A stretch of 64,000 nucleotides of DNA from contig JARFYF010000094.1 in the NCBI GenBank assembly GCA_030265395.1, forward strand, positions 27,081,072 to 27,145,071, given 5' to 3'. The stretch comes from Rhina ancylostomus. Its lineage: Eukaryota. The notes beneath the pieces were generated by a model. That model did not search any database. It was not told the DNA's origin and saw nothing but the letters and a program-made list of their open reading frames with translations. A program made the position numbers and the translations under genes. This document shows, piece after piece, positions 37,145-49,190 of this stretch. Positions within the stretch are counted from its first letter, which is position 1; every line of letters starts with the position of its first letter.

Positions 37145-38480
37145 ACTGACAAGCAGAAGGGGGAGAAGGAGGACATCAGAAATTGGAGACCCATTTCACT
37201 GTTGAATGTGGACTATAAGAAGATCTTGTCCAAGGCCATTGCCAACTGGGTCAAGTCTGTTCTGTGACTGGTGATCNNNNNNNNNNACCCAGACCGAACC
37301 TATGCTGTACCAGCCAGGAAAATCTTTGACAGCCTTGTGCTGCTCTGGGATATCATCGCCTCTGTGCAGGACAGAGGGGTGGGTTCCTGCCTGGTCAGCT
37401 TGGACCAGGAAAAGGCCTTCAACAGGATATTGCAAACGTACATGCTGGACGTGCTCTCCAACATAGGTTTCAGGGAGTGAATCAGAAACTGGATCCAACT
37501 GCTCTACATAGATATCCATAGTGCAGTCCAAATCAATGGGTGGGAGGCATATGGTTTCCCCATCAAGTCTGGAGTCAGGCAGGGTTTTCCACTTTCCCAT
37601 CATGTTTGTGTGCGGCAGAGAACCCATTGCTGAATCCATTAGGAAGGGCGAGAGCATATGAGGGATGACATTGTCAGGGAGATGCACACAGGTCAAAACT
37701 TCCCTGTACATGGACGATGTCACCATCTTTTGCTCGGATCCATGATCAGTTTGGAGATTGATCAGCATCTGTGACCATTTCAAGTTGGCATCAGGGGCTT
37801 GAGTCAACTGCAGGAGCAAGGCCATGCTCTTCAGAAACTGGCCCAACTGATCCAACAACCCCTTCACTGTCAGGTCAGACCACCTGAAGGTGCTGGGAGT
37901 CTGGTTCGGAGGGGCTGAGGTGTGTAACAAGAATTGGCTGGAGCATATTGGGAAGGCAAAACAAAAATTGGGTTTGTAGAAATTGCATTCTCTGTGAATA
38001 ACTGGGAAGAACTTGGCCATCGGGTGCAATGTGCTCTCAGGGCTGCTGTATTTGGTGCAGATGTGGCCTGTTTCTCGCTCCTCTGCCTCAGCAATCATCC
38101 GAAACGTCTTGCAGTTTATCTGGGGGTCCAAGGTATAGCAAGTCTGACGGCTGTGCACAAGTCCCCTGAGAGTGGGGACAAAAGTGTACCCAATGTTGCC
38201 TTCATCCTGATGAGCACCATCGTGTGTGGCTGTATCATTCAGTGTGTGGACCCCAAGTACGTGGGTACCAAGTGTCACTACGTGCTGAGGCTCTACCCAT
38301 CCCTGGTGCTGCAGAAGATAGGACTAGCCCCTCTAGCACGCAACACCCCAATCATCTGGATGTTGCCGCAACACCTGTCCTTTGTGGAAGAGTTCTTCCA
38401 AGTAAACACCTTTGACCACAAGGCCATCAAGCAGTGATCAGCGCGGAATGTACTTCAGACACTGCGGGACATTCCATGGA
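37145..38480 (+). mobile_element. Tx1/L1-clade LINE reverse transcriptase fragment
   Basis: KQKGEKEDIRNWRPISLLNVDYK, PDRTYAVPARKIFDSLVLLWDII..VQDRGV..CLVSLDQEKAFNRI, SGVRQG.PL.P and SLYMDDVTIF, with stops and frameshifts. GC-richer than the flanks. Confidence 0.9.
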
Positions 38481-40744
38481 TTCTAACCCTTTGTGAATTG
38501 CATGTAAAGCAGAACGTATCTTCTGAAAACTAAAATAAGCTAAATATTGGTTTCCATCACGTGGAATAGATAAAGTTCTCAACATAATAACAGCAACATG
38601 CATTTATTGAGACAGCTTTAATGTAGAAGAATATGCTAAGGCACTACACACATATGATTAACAATTTATATTACCCTTCTTCAGAGTTTAGGAGAAAATT
38701 GAAAATTTAATGTGACATTCATAGGTTATTGAGCGAAGGTTTGAGCCAATTGGGCATTTTTGCAGGTGGTAAGCAGCAACATTTATAATTCCACAGGTGT
38801 GAAAATGTGATATTGTAGTGCAAACAAACTGATCATTAGAACTTTGGGAGCTTTGTTTGGTTTCTGCTTTTGCTTAAGGGATGATTTATACAGGTTTAAC
38901 ATTAGCCATTTTAAGTTTCTGTGGGCCAAAGGGTTATTTCTGTTTTTGACTTTCCAAAATAAATGAAACNNNNNNNNNNNNNNNNNNNNNNNNNNNNNNN
39001 NNNNNNNNNNNNNNNNNNNNNNNNNNNNNNNNNNNNNNNNNNNNNNNNNNNNNNNNNNNNNNNNNNNNNNNNNNNNNNNNNNNNNNNNNNNNNNNNNNNN
39101 NNNNNNNNNNNNNNNNNNNNNNNNNNNNNNNNNNNNNNNNNNNNNNNNNNNNNNNNNNNNNNNNNNNNNNNNNNNNNNNNNNNNNNNNNNNNNNNNNNNN
39201 NNNNNNNNNNNNNNNNNNNNNNNNNNNNNNNNNNNNNNNNNNNNNNNNNNNNNNNNNNNNNNNNNNNNNNNNNNNNNNNNNNNNNNNNNNNNNNNNNNNN
39301 NNNNNNNNNNNNNNNNNNNNNNNNNNNNNNNNNNNNNNNNNNNNNNNNNNNNNNNNNNNNNNNNNNNNNNNNNNNNNNNNNNNNNNNNNNNNNNNNNNNN
39401 NNNNNNNNNNNNNNNNNNNNNNNNNNNNNNNNNNNNNNNNNNNNNNNNNNNNNNNNNNNNNNNNNNNNNNNNNNNNNNNNNNNNNNNNNNNNNNNNNNNN
39501 NNNNNNNNNNNNNNNNNNNNNNNNNNNNNNNNNNNNNNNNNNNNNNNNNNNTTTTATTTGATGTCATGTACAAAGTATTAAATGCTATGTCTGTGAACAT
39601 TAAAAATTAAAATCTGGGGATCATAAAGAATAAATCCTAATATTTCTGGCACCAGGTTCAAGTAAGAACAGTTCTTGTACAAATCATTTTGATAGCAGTA
39701 TCTAACAATTTGTTAAAGTACCGCTAATTTGCCACAAGACATAAAATGGGTCTGGTCCTCTATTTGCAGAGCCCATTGGTTCAATAGTTGTTTCAAGGCA
39801 ACAATGAAAATAACTAAATTACAGCTTTACTAATATTACATTCAGCATATTTCTTGTTTCACTTGTGTGTGATTGTCAACAAAAATGTCAACCTGCAAAA
39901 AAAAAGAGAAATGTCAAGTCCATTTTGCCCCATAAATTTTTGGCAACATCAGCAATCCCACTGAACCCAGACTAAATTCCTCATCCACTGAAAAGAAAGT
40001 GTTAATCCCTTTTTACCAAGCATACTATCATTTATCTTAATATTGGCTGCAGTTCAGCCTACTGAAATGAAGGAATAAAATATTATGTTGGCAGTACAAT
40101 GTGCTGCTTAATTATACTTTCAAATATATGTAGTCATGGTACGAACAGGAATATTGGATGAGGCTATGATAAAATAACACAAAAGATTATGAATGAAATA
40201 TTTGGAACTAGGAAACATTTTTGTAACCTTAGCAGAAAATGTACTTAATTTTTCTTTTGTGTTAGAGTGGGAAATGGATTTCTCATGGATCAAATTTATT
40301 ATACAGTGATATTCACTGCTGTCATTGATACTACTGAAATAAATAGAAAATGTGAATTTTGACAGGAAGACTGCACTATTTGAACTTTTTGATGTTAGGT
40401 TGTATTTTAGGGTAATATTTCTGGTCTTCTTTGCACAAAATTAGTTTAACCTCCATGCCTTCTGCCTTTGTTTGAGGCGCTTAGGTCACTTTAAAAAATA
40501 ATTTATTAAAGAAAAATGTTCTTGTTATTTCAACCCAGATTTTTAAATTTATTTTTCTGTTAAATTCCTTGAGATTTTATAAGATTAGCTTATAGTTACC
40601 AATTTGTTCATAGGGTACTTTTGAGAAGGAAAAGATTAATCTATTTTGTGAGAGAATCATTTTAGAGATGTATGCATGTTCATTCACTGGAATTCATAAT
40701 TTTGCTGGACAACCATTAATGCAACATTGTTATAAATCAATAGA

Positions 40745-40862
40745 AATAGGCTTAGAAGGATACAGGCCAAATGCATGCAAATGGGAATAGCGTAGATGGG
40801 CAAAAAGGTTAGCATGGATATGGCAGGTAGAAGGGCCTATTTCTGTGTTGTCCAACTCTCAT
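40745..40862 (+). mobile_element. CR1 3' tail fragment
   Basis: ggatacaggccaaatgcatgcaaatggga...gcatggat...gaagggcctatttctgtgttgt. Confidence 0.65.
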
Positions 40863-41129
40863 TATATGAACAAGCTGACAAAGTTGTGTGTTTATAGTGC
40901 CCTTCAAAAACATCACAGGTGAAACTATTACAATAGTGTTTAATTCTATTGTACTCCTTGAAGTCAGTCATGTGGTAGAGATGGATGAAACATAGTCATT
41001 AAGATTAATCTTTGAATATAGCCTGAGATCTTAGAAAGTAGCAATGGCAAACAAAACAACTCCAGAGGATAATAACATATTACTCAAAGGAGCTGATACT
41101 GATAATGAAAGAGAAAAAGCAGAAACTAA

Positions 41130-41690
41130 GTATATGCTGCAGTTCATAAATGTACAAATGAAGGTCACTGCAGCCATGGCTTGGGGAAATTTGAAAGCAG
41201 GAATAAAAATATTAAAATTAATTTCCTGTCATGTGAAAAGCGAGTGGAGTCTGCAGATGGCAAGTTGCTGGCTTTAATACAGCTGAGACTATGGAGGGCC
41301 ACATTTTGGAAGAATTGTATTTCATAGATGGTGAAAGGAAGAGGTCTAAAGAAGAGAATTTTTGAAAACCTGGCTCTGGAAATGATAAACATAAGGGCTG
41401 TGATAGGGGAGATGAGTGGGAAACTGGAAAATGGTGGAGACAAATAATATTATGAAAATGGAAGAAGGCAATCATGCTAACAAATTAGATTTGGGGAACA
41501 AGGGGAAGGTTTTATTGGTTATGGAGTCAAGCAGTTGTTGAGTGAAGGGGGTTGTGATTTGAACTCGCTCAAAGGCAGAATGAAGCAGTCCTATTCCTGG
41601 CCCTCTGGTAAACTGACTTTGTTTTTGAATGGTGGCAAAACCCTGGGTATACATTGAGTTGACAGTGGAAAGATTGTGGCTATTTCACGC
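41130..41690 (-). mobile_element. Decayed LINE fragment (L2-like)
   Basis: The minus-strand translation contains SSFPLISPITALMFIISRARFSKILF and NYRP-like / PFxxK-like remnants. Purine-rich + strand. Confidence 0.35.
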
Positions 41691-41910
41691 GTACTGGTGT
41701 TATTTGAGGATAAAGCTCCCTTGACAAATTGGAGGAAATGAGGCTAACATTGGACTTAACATGAGCATGGTGTTATATTCTTGTTGCGGGTGGGGGGTGG
41801 GGTATTGGGTNNNNNNNNNNNNNNNNNNNNNNNNNNNNNNNNNNNNNNNNNNNNNNNNNNNNNNNNNNNNNNNNNNNNNNNNNNNNNNNNNNNNNNNNNN
41901 NNNNNNNNNN

Positions 41911-42075
41911 GTCATTTCAACCCTTGGCCCTGCTCTGCCTTTCAACAAGGTTGTGGCTGATCTTCGACTGTAAACAGTAATTTCCTGCCCTATTCCCATC
42001 TCTCTTGATTCATTTAACATCCACAAATTAATCATTATCTGTTTTGAACGCAATCAATTACTAAGACTCCAAAGT
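41911..42075 (-). mobile_element. CR1 3' tail fragment
   Basis: cctgctctgcctttcaacaaggttgtggctgatct...tcccatctctcttgattc is the reverse of the tail type at about 8900-9005. Confidence 0.6.
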
Positions 42076-43669
42076 ACATGGCAATGGGGAATAGACCTGA
42101 GCTCTTATCTGCTAATGATTTATGCTAAATTGCTTTTCTTCTGTACTTAAAGCTCAGATTAGTTGAGATGGAACATTTACTATTTTCCTGACTTAAATAC
42201 TCTAAAAGCATTTATCAGGTTGTGTAAGTTTTGAGTTGGATTTGAATACTGATATTATTGAATGGGTTGGCATTTCAGTGGAAGAAATGCCAGTTCTGGT
42301 GCTCAGCAGGGGTCATTTTGCCCTGATTGTTCTCAAATTTATAATAACTAACACTGACAGTTATTTATGCTAAGGTAACCACAAGCTTTAAAATGATAAG
42401 AGGAATGATGTGCTTCTTCAAGCAAAAGGGTCAAGTCTATGCAGTTTCATGGGTAGACTTGTGGCCTTGTCCATGTGACTGTTTTCCAGCCCAGGTGGCC
42501 CTGTCAATGAACATGTCAAGATGTGAAGAATCAAGTCAGCCCTGGGGACTTGCTTGATTTAAAAAGTACTAATTTATATTCACAAATAAATTTTATTTAT
42601 TATAAGCTATTGATGATAATGTTTAAAGCTGGTGTGGTGGAGCAGGTCCCTATGTGGCATCATTGCCAGGTTCCTGATGCTGTTGGTAGTGAGTGGGCTT
42701 CTGCTTGTGGGGCAGCAGGAAAATATCTACAAGCACTGGTTCTGCCAGGTGACCAGCCTTCACAAACATATTCTCTATGGTATGGAAACAATTTATGTTC
42801 CCTGTCAGTATCTGTGGTGTCCATGCAATGGATGTTACCAAGTTTTGTTTTTGCAATGAATTGTCATGTCCAAGTTTTTCCCACCACCTTGTGAATAATT
42901 GTCCTTGATAACTCAAGGCTAAAGTGCAGATAGAATAGAGATTAAGTCTGATGTTGATTTTCATCATGTAATTCTTATTTTTGAAGGATATTTTTTGAAA
43001 GGGCTCTCTTTAGATTAAATGAGTGTCAAATAAATCAAACAATCATTAGGCCAGCAATATTGAGCATGGCTGTATTAGCATTCAAAAGCAACCTACAAAA
43101 CATACCAGAACAGAAACTAATTGATTGAATTGTTTCTCTTTCTATTAAATTGCTAATCTGCCTTTATCCTTGTAATTGACATGTTTTGTTCTGGGTCAAG
43201 AAAATTTATCACATTACAATAAATCTGAAAAATATCAGAAGTACTACTTATTGTTTCCATGGTGCACTGGATGCACATTTTTGTATTGTAGCTATTTTGA
43301 GAGTTTGAGAATTGCAGTAGTTTGAAACAATAATTAGAAGAAACAAAGTGGGCCAGCTGCAGAACAAGTTTTGGGCTGGAAACTCATAGGGTTGGAGGAG
43401 TTGCAGAAATTAAACGGGCTAATGCCATCAACAATAGTTTTCCATTGGGAGGATGGAAGCATATGTAGCCCAGTGAGAATCTGGATGAGGAGTGTTGCAC
43501 ATTTATATACTGCACAAGATGTGTGCTAAACCCTTTTCAGTAAGTTGGAGCTTATGGGGAATAAAGGTGTTTGGTGGCATGGAGAATATTGGCATGGTTG
43601 AGTCTGTAAGTTGAAAGGCATGGCTAGGAGTTTCAAAAGAGATTGCTGGAGGTGGAGAATGACCTACAG

Positions 43670-44660
43670 TGGAACCACTTACAACATTACCTCAAGTGTC
43701 CCCCAAGGATCTAATTATTAATCCTCCTAACTCTTATCCACATGTTGTCTTTTGGCAAAATCACATGGAAATAGAAAACCTTTGTAATACCAAGTTCTGC
43801 CTAACTACTCTCTTTTTTGACCTCCTTGACTTTTTCTAAATTGCCAACTGCTTGTCAGATATCCAGTACTGGATAAGCAGAAAGTTCCTCCATCTAAATA
43901 TTGGGAAAGCCAAAGGTGATGCAATCAATTCCCACCAATATATCTCTCTTCCCTCGCCACCAATTCAGACCTTCTCCATGGTAACTGTCTAAAACTGAAT
44001 CAGACTATTTGCAACCTTGGCATATTTAACCCTGATATAAGATTTGCACAACATATTTGGATAATCCCCAAGATCATACATTTCCATCTCACTGAAATTT
44101 CCTTACCTTGTCCCTTGCCCAGTTCATTTCTTGCTGAAACCATCAATTACATTTTTGCTCTGGTCTTCATGCACTTCTTCCTGACCTTTCTCATTCTCAA
44201 CACTGTACACTTATGCTCATCCTGGACTCTGCTATCCCTGTCCCATGCATCTGTTCCCAATGTTTGCTAACTGATATTACCTCCCAATTAAGCAATAGAT
44301 TTAAGTCCTCACTCTTGTTTTCAAAACCCTCCAAGGGACTTTGCCCTGCTCTGTAATCTTCTCCAGTTCTGCATCTCTTCAAGCTATCTGAAGTCTTTCA
44401 ATCATGGCCTGGTAATCATCCCTGAGAATAGTTCCTTCCATTGGTAACTATTCCTCAGCTGCCTTAGCTGTAAGCTCTAGCACTCCCCCTGGGAACCCTT
44501 TTGACTGTACCCCGTCTTCCCTATCTTACCTTATTTAAGATGCACCTCAATGTCTAACTCTTTGATAGAGCTTTCGTTCCTTTGCAATAATATCTCCTAA
44601 TGTGGCTTGATGTAAACTTTTGATCGATACTGTTTCTACAGAGTATCTTGGAACAACTGA
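43670..44660 (+). mobile_element. L2-clade LINE 3' portion
   Basis: ITSSVPQGS (43686-43712), LSDIQYWISRKFLHLNIGK (about 43852-43908), NLG..F.P, and a tail with ctctttgatagagctttc. Confidence 0.75.
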
Positions 44661-44678
44661 ATGAAAATTTTTTTAAAA

Positions 44679-44787
44679 CTGCAGATGCTGGATACCTAAA
44701 TTAAAAACCAAATTTTCTGGAAACACTCAGCATGTCAACTGATGCTGCTTGACCTGCTGAGTCTTTCCATCAATTTCTGTTTTTATT
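44679..44787. mobile_element. Internally deleted palindromic Penelope-like element
   Basis: ctgcagatgctgga...ggaaacactcagcatgtca / tgacctgctgagtctttcc...tttctgtttttatt. Confidence 0.65.
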
Positions 44788-44839
44788 ACTGTGCAACATC
44801 TTATTGCAAGTAATTGGAGGCTGTTGTTGCTGTTGTTGG

Positions 44840-45700
44840 TTCTTTCTCACCAATGCCCACGAATTCATCATCAGATGGTGATTCTTCTTGCCATCTGCCT
44901 CCTCCAACTCCAATATTACCTGAATTATGATGTGAGACTGAAAAGTATAATGCTCTCCCTGGAGCATACTGAAGAAGGGACCCAGACCAATCAAAATTTT
45001 GCTTTAGGAGCACAATGTTGAATTCTATACTCACTGAGGTTTTGTGATAGCAAGTGTAATGGCCTTGCTATCACTATACCTCAGGAGTTGTGGATTTGAG
45101 AACGACTATCATAAAATTTGGTAGAAGATGGTAGCCCTCCCCACAGGACTGCAGCAAAAAGAATCAGTTATACCAGCAGCCCAAGGTCAAACCGTATTAT
45201 TTATATGATCTGATTTCAAGAATGCCACACACAAATGGATAGAAACCTTTGGCCATTTACGAAAGCTCCGTGCCTATCCTGGAATACCCCGATGAGGGCA
45301 ATTCAATTGTGCTGGGCATCTGTATTAATTACCTTTTGGTGACAAAACCCAAGACTTAGTTCTTTGACAATTGTGCAAGATTGTATGCATTGGTTTACCC
45401 TGTGAAAGAATGCACTGGCCATTTGCTTGATTCAGCTGTAGATGCAACTGCCAGATCTTTGTGATATTCCATGCTGTAGCCTGGAACATTTCTGAGGTTT
45501 AGACAGAACTATTGTCACCATCACAGCCAATCCTACCAGTCTTGATGCAGGAGGCTGCAAATTCAGCAACAATTTTCTTAGACAGGCTTAGACTCATAAG
45601 GTACCTCATGGTAAGTAGTTCTTGTCCTGTGGACACAGTTTGTTCTGTGGGTAGAGCCTCCTTGAAGTCTTTTTTGCTGTTGGTGGTCCTCCTCTATTTT
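44840..45700 (-). mobile_element. Fossil PIF/Harbinger transposase
   Basis: Minus-strand remnants in the correct order: LSLSKKIVAE, FQATAWNITKI, IKQMASAFFHRVNQ, AFVNGQRFLSI, GYHL and IEFNIVLLKQNFDWSGSLLQYAPGRA...HHN (ORF 44801..45034). Confidence 0.7.
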
Positions 45701-45847
45701 TCAGTACAGTGCCACAAAAACAGCATAATCTTTTATCAGTGTTGTGGGTAAGTATCCAAAAGCTTGTTTAGATCAATCTCAGAAATCAACAGTTTGAAAA
45801 TTGTCAGATAACTTCAACTCTAAGGCGCAAGTGCGCGCGCATTTGCA

Positions 45848-45850
<3 letters not shown>

Positions 45851-45880
<30 letters not shown>
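45851..45880 (+). repeat. (AC)15 microsatellite preceded by an alternating GC tract
   Basis: gtgcgcgcgcatttgcacgt followed by (ac)15. Confidence 0.97.
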
Positions 45881-45882
<2 letters not shown>

Positions 45883-48800
45883 CTAGCTTTTAAATTCTGC
45901 AGCCACCTAATTATTTAACTAATCTTTATGAAGAATGGGAATGGACAGGGCAATGAGGTGGGCTGGATGGATAACTAATTTGCTTTCAATTTAAAAGGAA
46001 AGAATGTGATGCTCATTATAAATTAAGAATCAAGTTTTCATTGCATTCATGGAGACCCAGCCCAACCAACCAACATTTTAACCCTTCTAACATACTGATC
46101 TTGCTCATCGAATGGTCAGAGAATATGAGTTAACATGCTTTATTTTATTAAGTATTCTTTTCAGGAACCATTTATTTGCGAACATCTTCTTTGATTCACT
46201 TCCTGGGCTTAAATATTTTCATTCTAAATGCCCTGGTGATCAGAACTGAATACTGTGGATAAAGAACTCTGACTGGAACTCTGTACACAACAAGCATGTC
46301 TGCCTTTGACTTAGTTACATAGTTAGGCATTCTTTTTGCTTTGATTTGTTCTTCTTAAGCATTCAGTTTATTAAAAATCCCTGAATCCTTTCCATCATAA
46401 GTGAAGTACAGTTTTTGTTCATTTTTCTTCTTGTGTGTGGTACCTCCAACTTGTATTATTGTTACACCTTATCTCACTCTTCACTGCTCTGAATAAACTA
46501 CTCAGAATCTACATAACTTCAGTCTGAAATTTAACTTGGTCTATGGATGCAGTGGATGGCAGGATAGAGGAGGTCCAGGTATGGACCCCTTCTTTCCTGC
46601 CGTACTGTCTGGAAACCTGGGCCATTTTAAAATCCAGGTCTCCATCACTGTACTACACTGCAATCAGTATGGTGTTGTTCTTACTAAGATTGGGATTAAA
46701 TTTGTCTAGTTTCCTAACTGACATAATTGCATCACAATGTTGAACACGTATAACACCTTTGTCTGCTTGTGATGAGAGGTCCCTGAACTATCTAACATAG
46801 AAGGTAAATTATCAGCTGATAATGATGTGGCAGAATAGGGAGATAAAAACTCTCCTTTTATTTCATTCTCCACATACTGCATTCTCAGCAGGCACTGGAG
46901 GTTAAACACGGGGCATTACCTTGAACTATCCAGGATGGATTTCCTGCAAATCTATGCAATCACAGAGCTATAGAGCTACTGTATGTCCTGGCAGTGGACT
47001 TAATGTCTGTCCAGGCAGTGTTAACCAATTCCAGCCTGAAATTTCAGGCCAAAAGAGCTCCACTGAAAACAAATCAAAATGTGAAAGCATTGATGTGATT
47101 TCCTGAAGATATGAGGAAGCCGGGTGTCATTTTATGAAAAAAAATTAATCAATGTAGCACCACATTACAGCAGTTTGGGCAATGAAAATTCAACCTTATA
47201 GAATTAACAAATTGTTAACAAAAATTTTGAAATACAGAATAATAATTTGCTCTTATGGAATTGATGTGTGAAAAAAATAACTAAGTAAACACAGTGTGCA
47301 AAAGAAACAACATATTTATAAATTTTTGTTAAGGGTTCAAGATATGGATGGTTTTCTTTGAATGTAACCCAACTGTAATGAGGGGCTCTACTGTATGTTA
47401 AAATATTTATGGTTGAATGTATTATTTGCATGCGCTTTTGTTTGTTTTGTCTTTTCATTTCAAATATAATGAAATATAACGTGTTCTGTTACCTCAGTTG
47501 TTCCATAAGGGTCGTGACACGTTTTTCTTATTGTGCTTGAATGGTTTGTGTAATGATGTACAGCTGTGAGCAGTGAAAACCAAGTTGCAATGTTACCAAA
47601 GCAATGATTCTTCTGCAACTTTTAGTAGCTATTTCCCAAATGGTAATTTGAGCTTTCAGGATTCATTGAAGTTACCAGTTGTCATGGTGACAGACCCCCG
47701 CTGCTGAATTTGTCCTGAGGAGTCTGTTCTATCTTCAGAACAAGGAGACCAATCCTCATTAAAAAGGCACCAGAAAAGCTTTTTACCAACTTGAGGACTT
47801 GCAAATATTTTCACTGATACATTGAAGGCACCATGGCCATGAGCGAAAAGGACAAAAAGAATTTAAGTGGTGTCTGTTTACTACACTGCTGAAAAATATC
47901 CAACTTATTTCATCCAAGGAAAGCTTTTAAAAGCTTCTAATGGCTTGCATGAATTCAAACAAAAGCTGTACTTTATAATTCTTCTTGTAAGTAAATTAGC
48001 ATACATATCACAAGATGGTATATGTGTTATCTTATACATTTTTAGCTAAGCAGATTGTTTGCCTAGTCCAAAAGAAATTAAACTGATATAATTTCAGTGG
48101 TTGTTTAAAGCTTTTTTCCTGACAAAACTAACTTTACTCTTTTTCATCTTGCTTCCAAACATTAACATTCAAATGATTTCATCTGGTCCTTTCAAAAGTT
48201 AGCCCCTCCCAAAGATGTTGCCACTTCATCTATTCATTGGGTGCCTTTGTTTAAGTGGCTGAAAAGTGTCTTGTGGGTCCCACTTATAAAACAATCCTGT
48301 TTCAAACCAGAGTAAGCATGAACATACTTGTGCAGCAATTGTGCCATTGCAGTTGTCCACAGTAAGACTTTTTGAATGGTTCCACATTTATTCCATTGTG
48401 TGCGGCAAACACAGGTGTTCTTTCTACTGATTTGCAATGCAGAAGTACAAACTTTATCTGTTCTTCTCAAAGGTCATATAATGTGTATAGTGGTCCAGCA
48501 TAAATGTTTCATCTGCAAAGTATTATTGAGAAGGATTGAAGGGGACAGGGAAATGTTTAACTGGGTGACATTAAAATTTATTGTTGTTGAAGTAAAATCA
48601 TGTGGCACTTACACTCAATGGTCTCCAAAATTCTCATGCAGATGCACAAAACATACTGTTTAATCCAATCAATAGAGGAGTTTCTTAAGAGGCAATAGTA
48701 TTGATTTTCATAATTTCTAGTTTCTAGTATTGTTGGAGTAACAATTATTAGAAAATGAAAATGACTGACCTTTAGAATTTAATGTGTAGGTAATTTATGA

Positions 48801-48959
48801 TAAAGTCTAGTTGATACTTGAAAACCAGAATTTAGTTTTGCAAAAAACAATTGAAACCGATTCCATCCCCTGCAGAAAGGAAGAACTTGTACTTATTTGG
48901 CAGTTTCGGGATGTGCAGAGTACTTAAAAGCCAATTAAGTAGTTTGCTAATATAGTCAT

Positions 48960-49190
48960 GGTTGGAATGGAGCCTATTTTGTGCACAGAAAGTTCCCACA
49001 AATAGCAATAAGTTAATGGCCTGATCTGTTTTGATAATGCTAGTTGAAAAGCAAATACTGGTACCGTGGGTTATTTTACAACCACTGGAAAGGAAAGGCA
49101 GGATCTTGATTTTACATTTCATCCAAAAACCTATCCTTGAATCACTGGAACTTCCTTCAGATTCAGAGATGAAAGTGCTATCACTGAATG
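48960..49190 (-). mobile_element. Deu-type SINE fragment
   Basis: gcctattttgtgcacagaaagttcccacaaatagcaat (reverse core), and a head ending ttcagagatgaaagtgcta. Confidence 0.55.

Noticed and set aside
37196-38278. 360-aa minus-strand ORF
   Set aside because: Antisense to a GC-rich Tx1 RT fragment and spans an N gap. No recognisable domain.
38911-39610. ORFs of 215-229 aa
   Set aside because: Artefacts of the N gap at 38970-39551.
41787-41809. G-quadruplex-like run gggtggggggtggggtattggg
   Set aside because: A simple G-rich tract at a contig edge, with no evidence of function.
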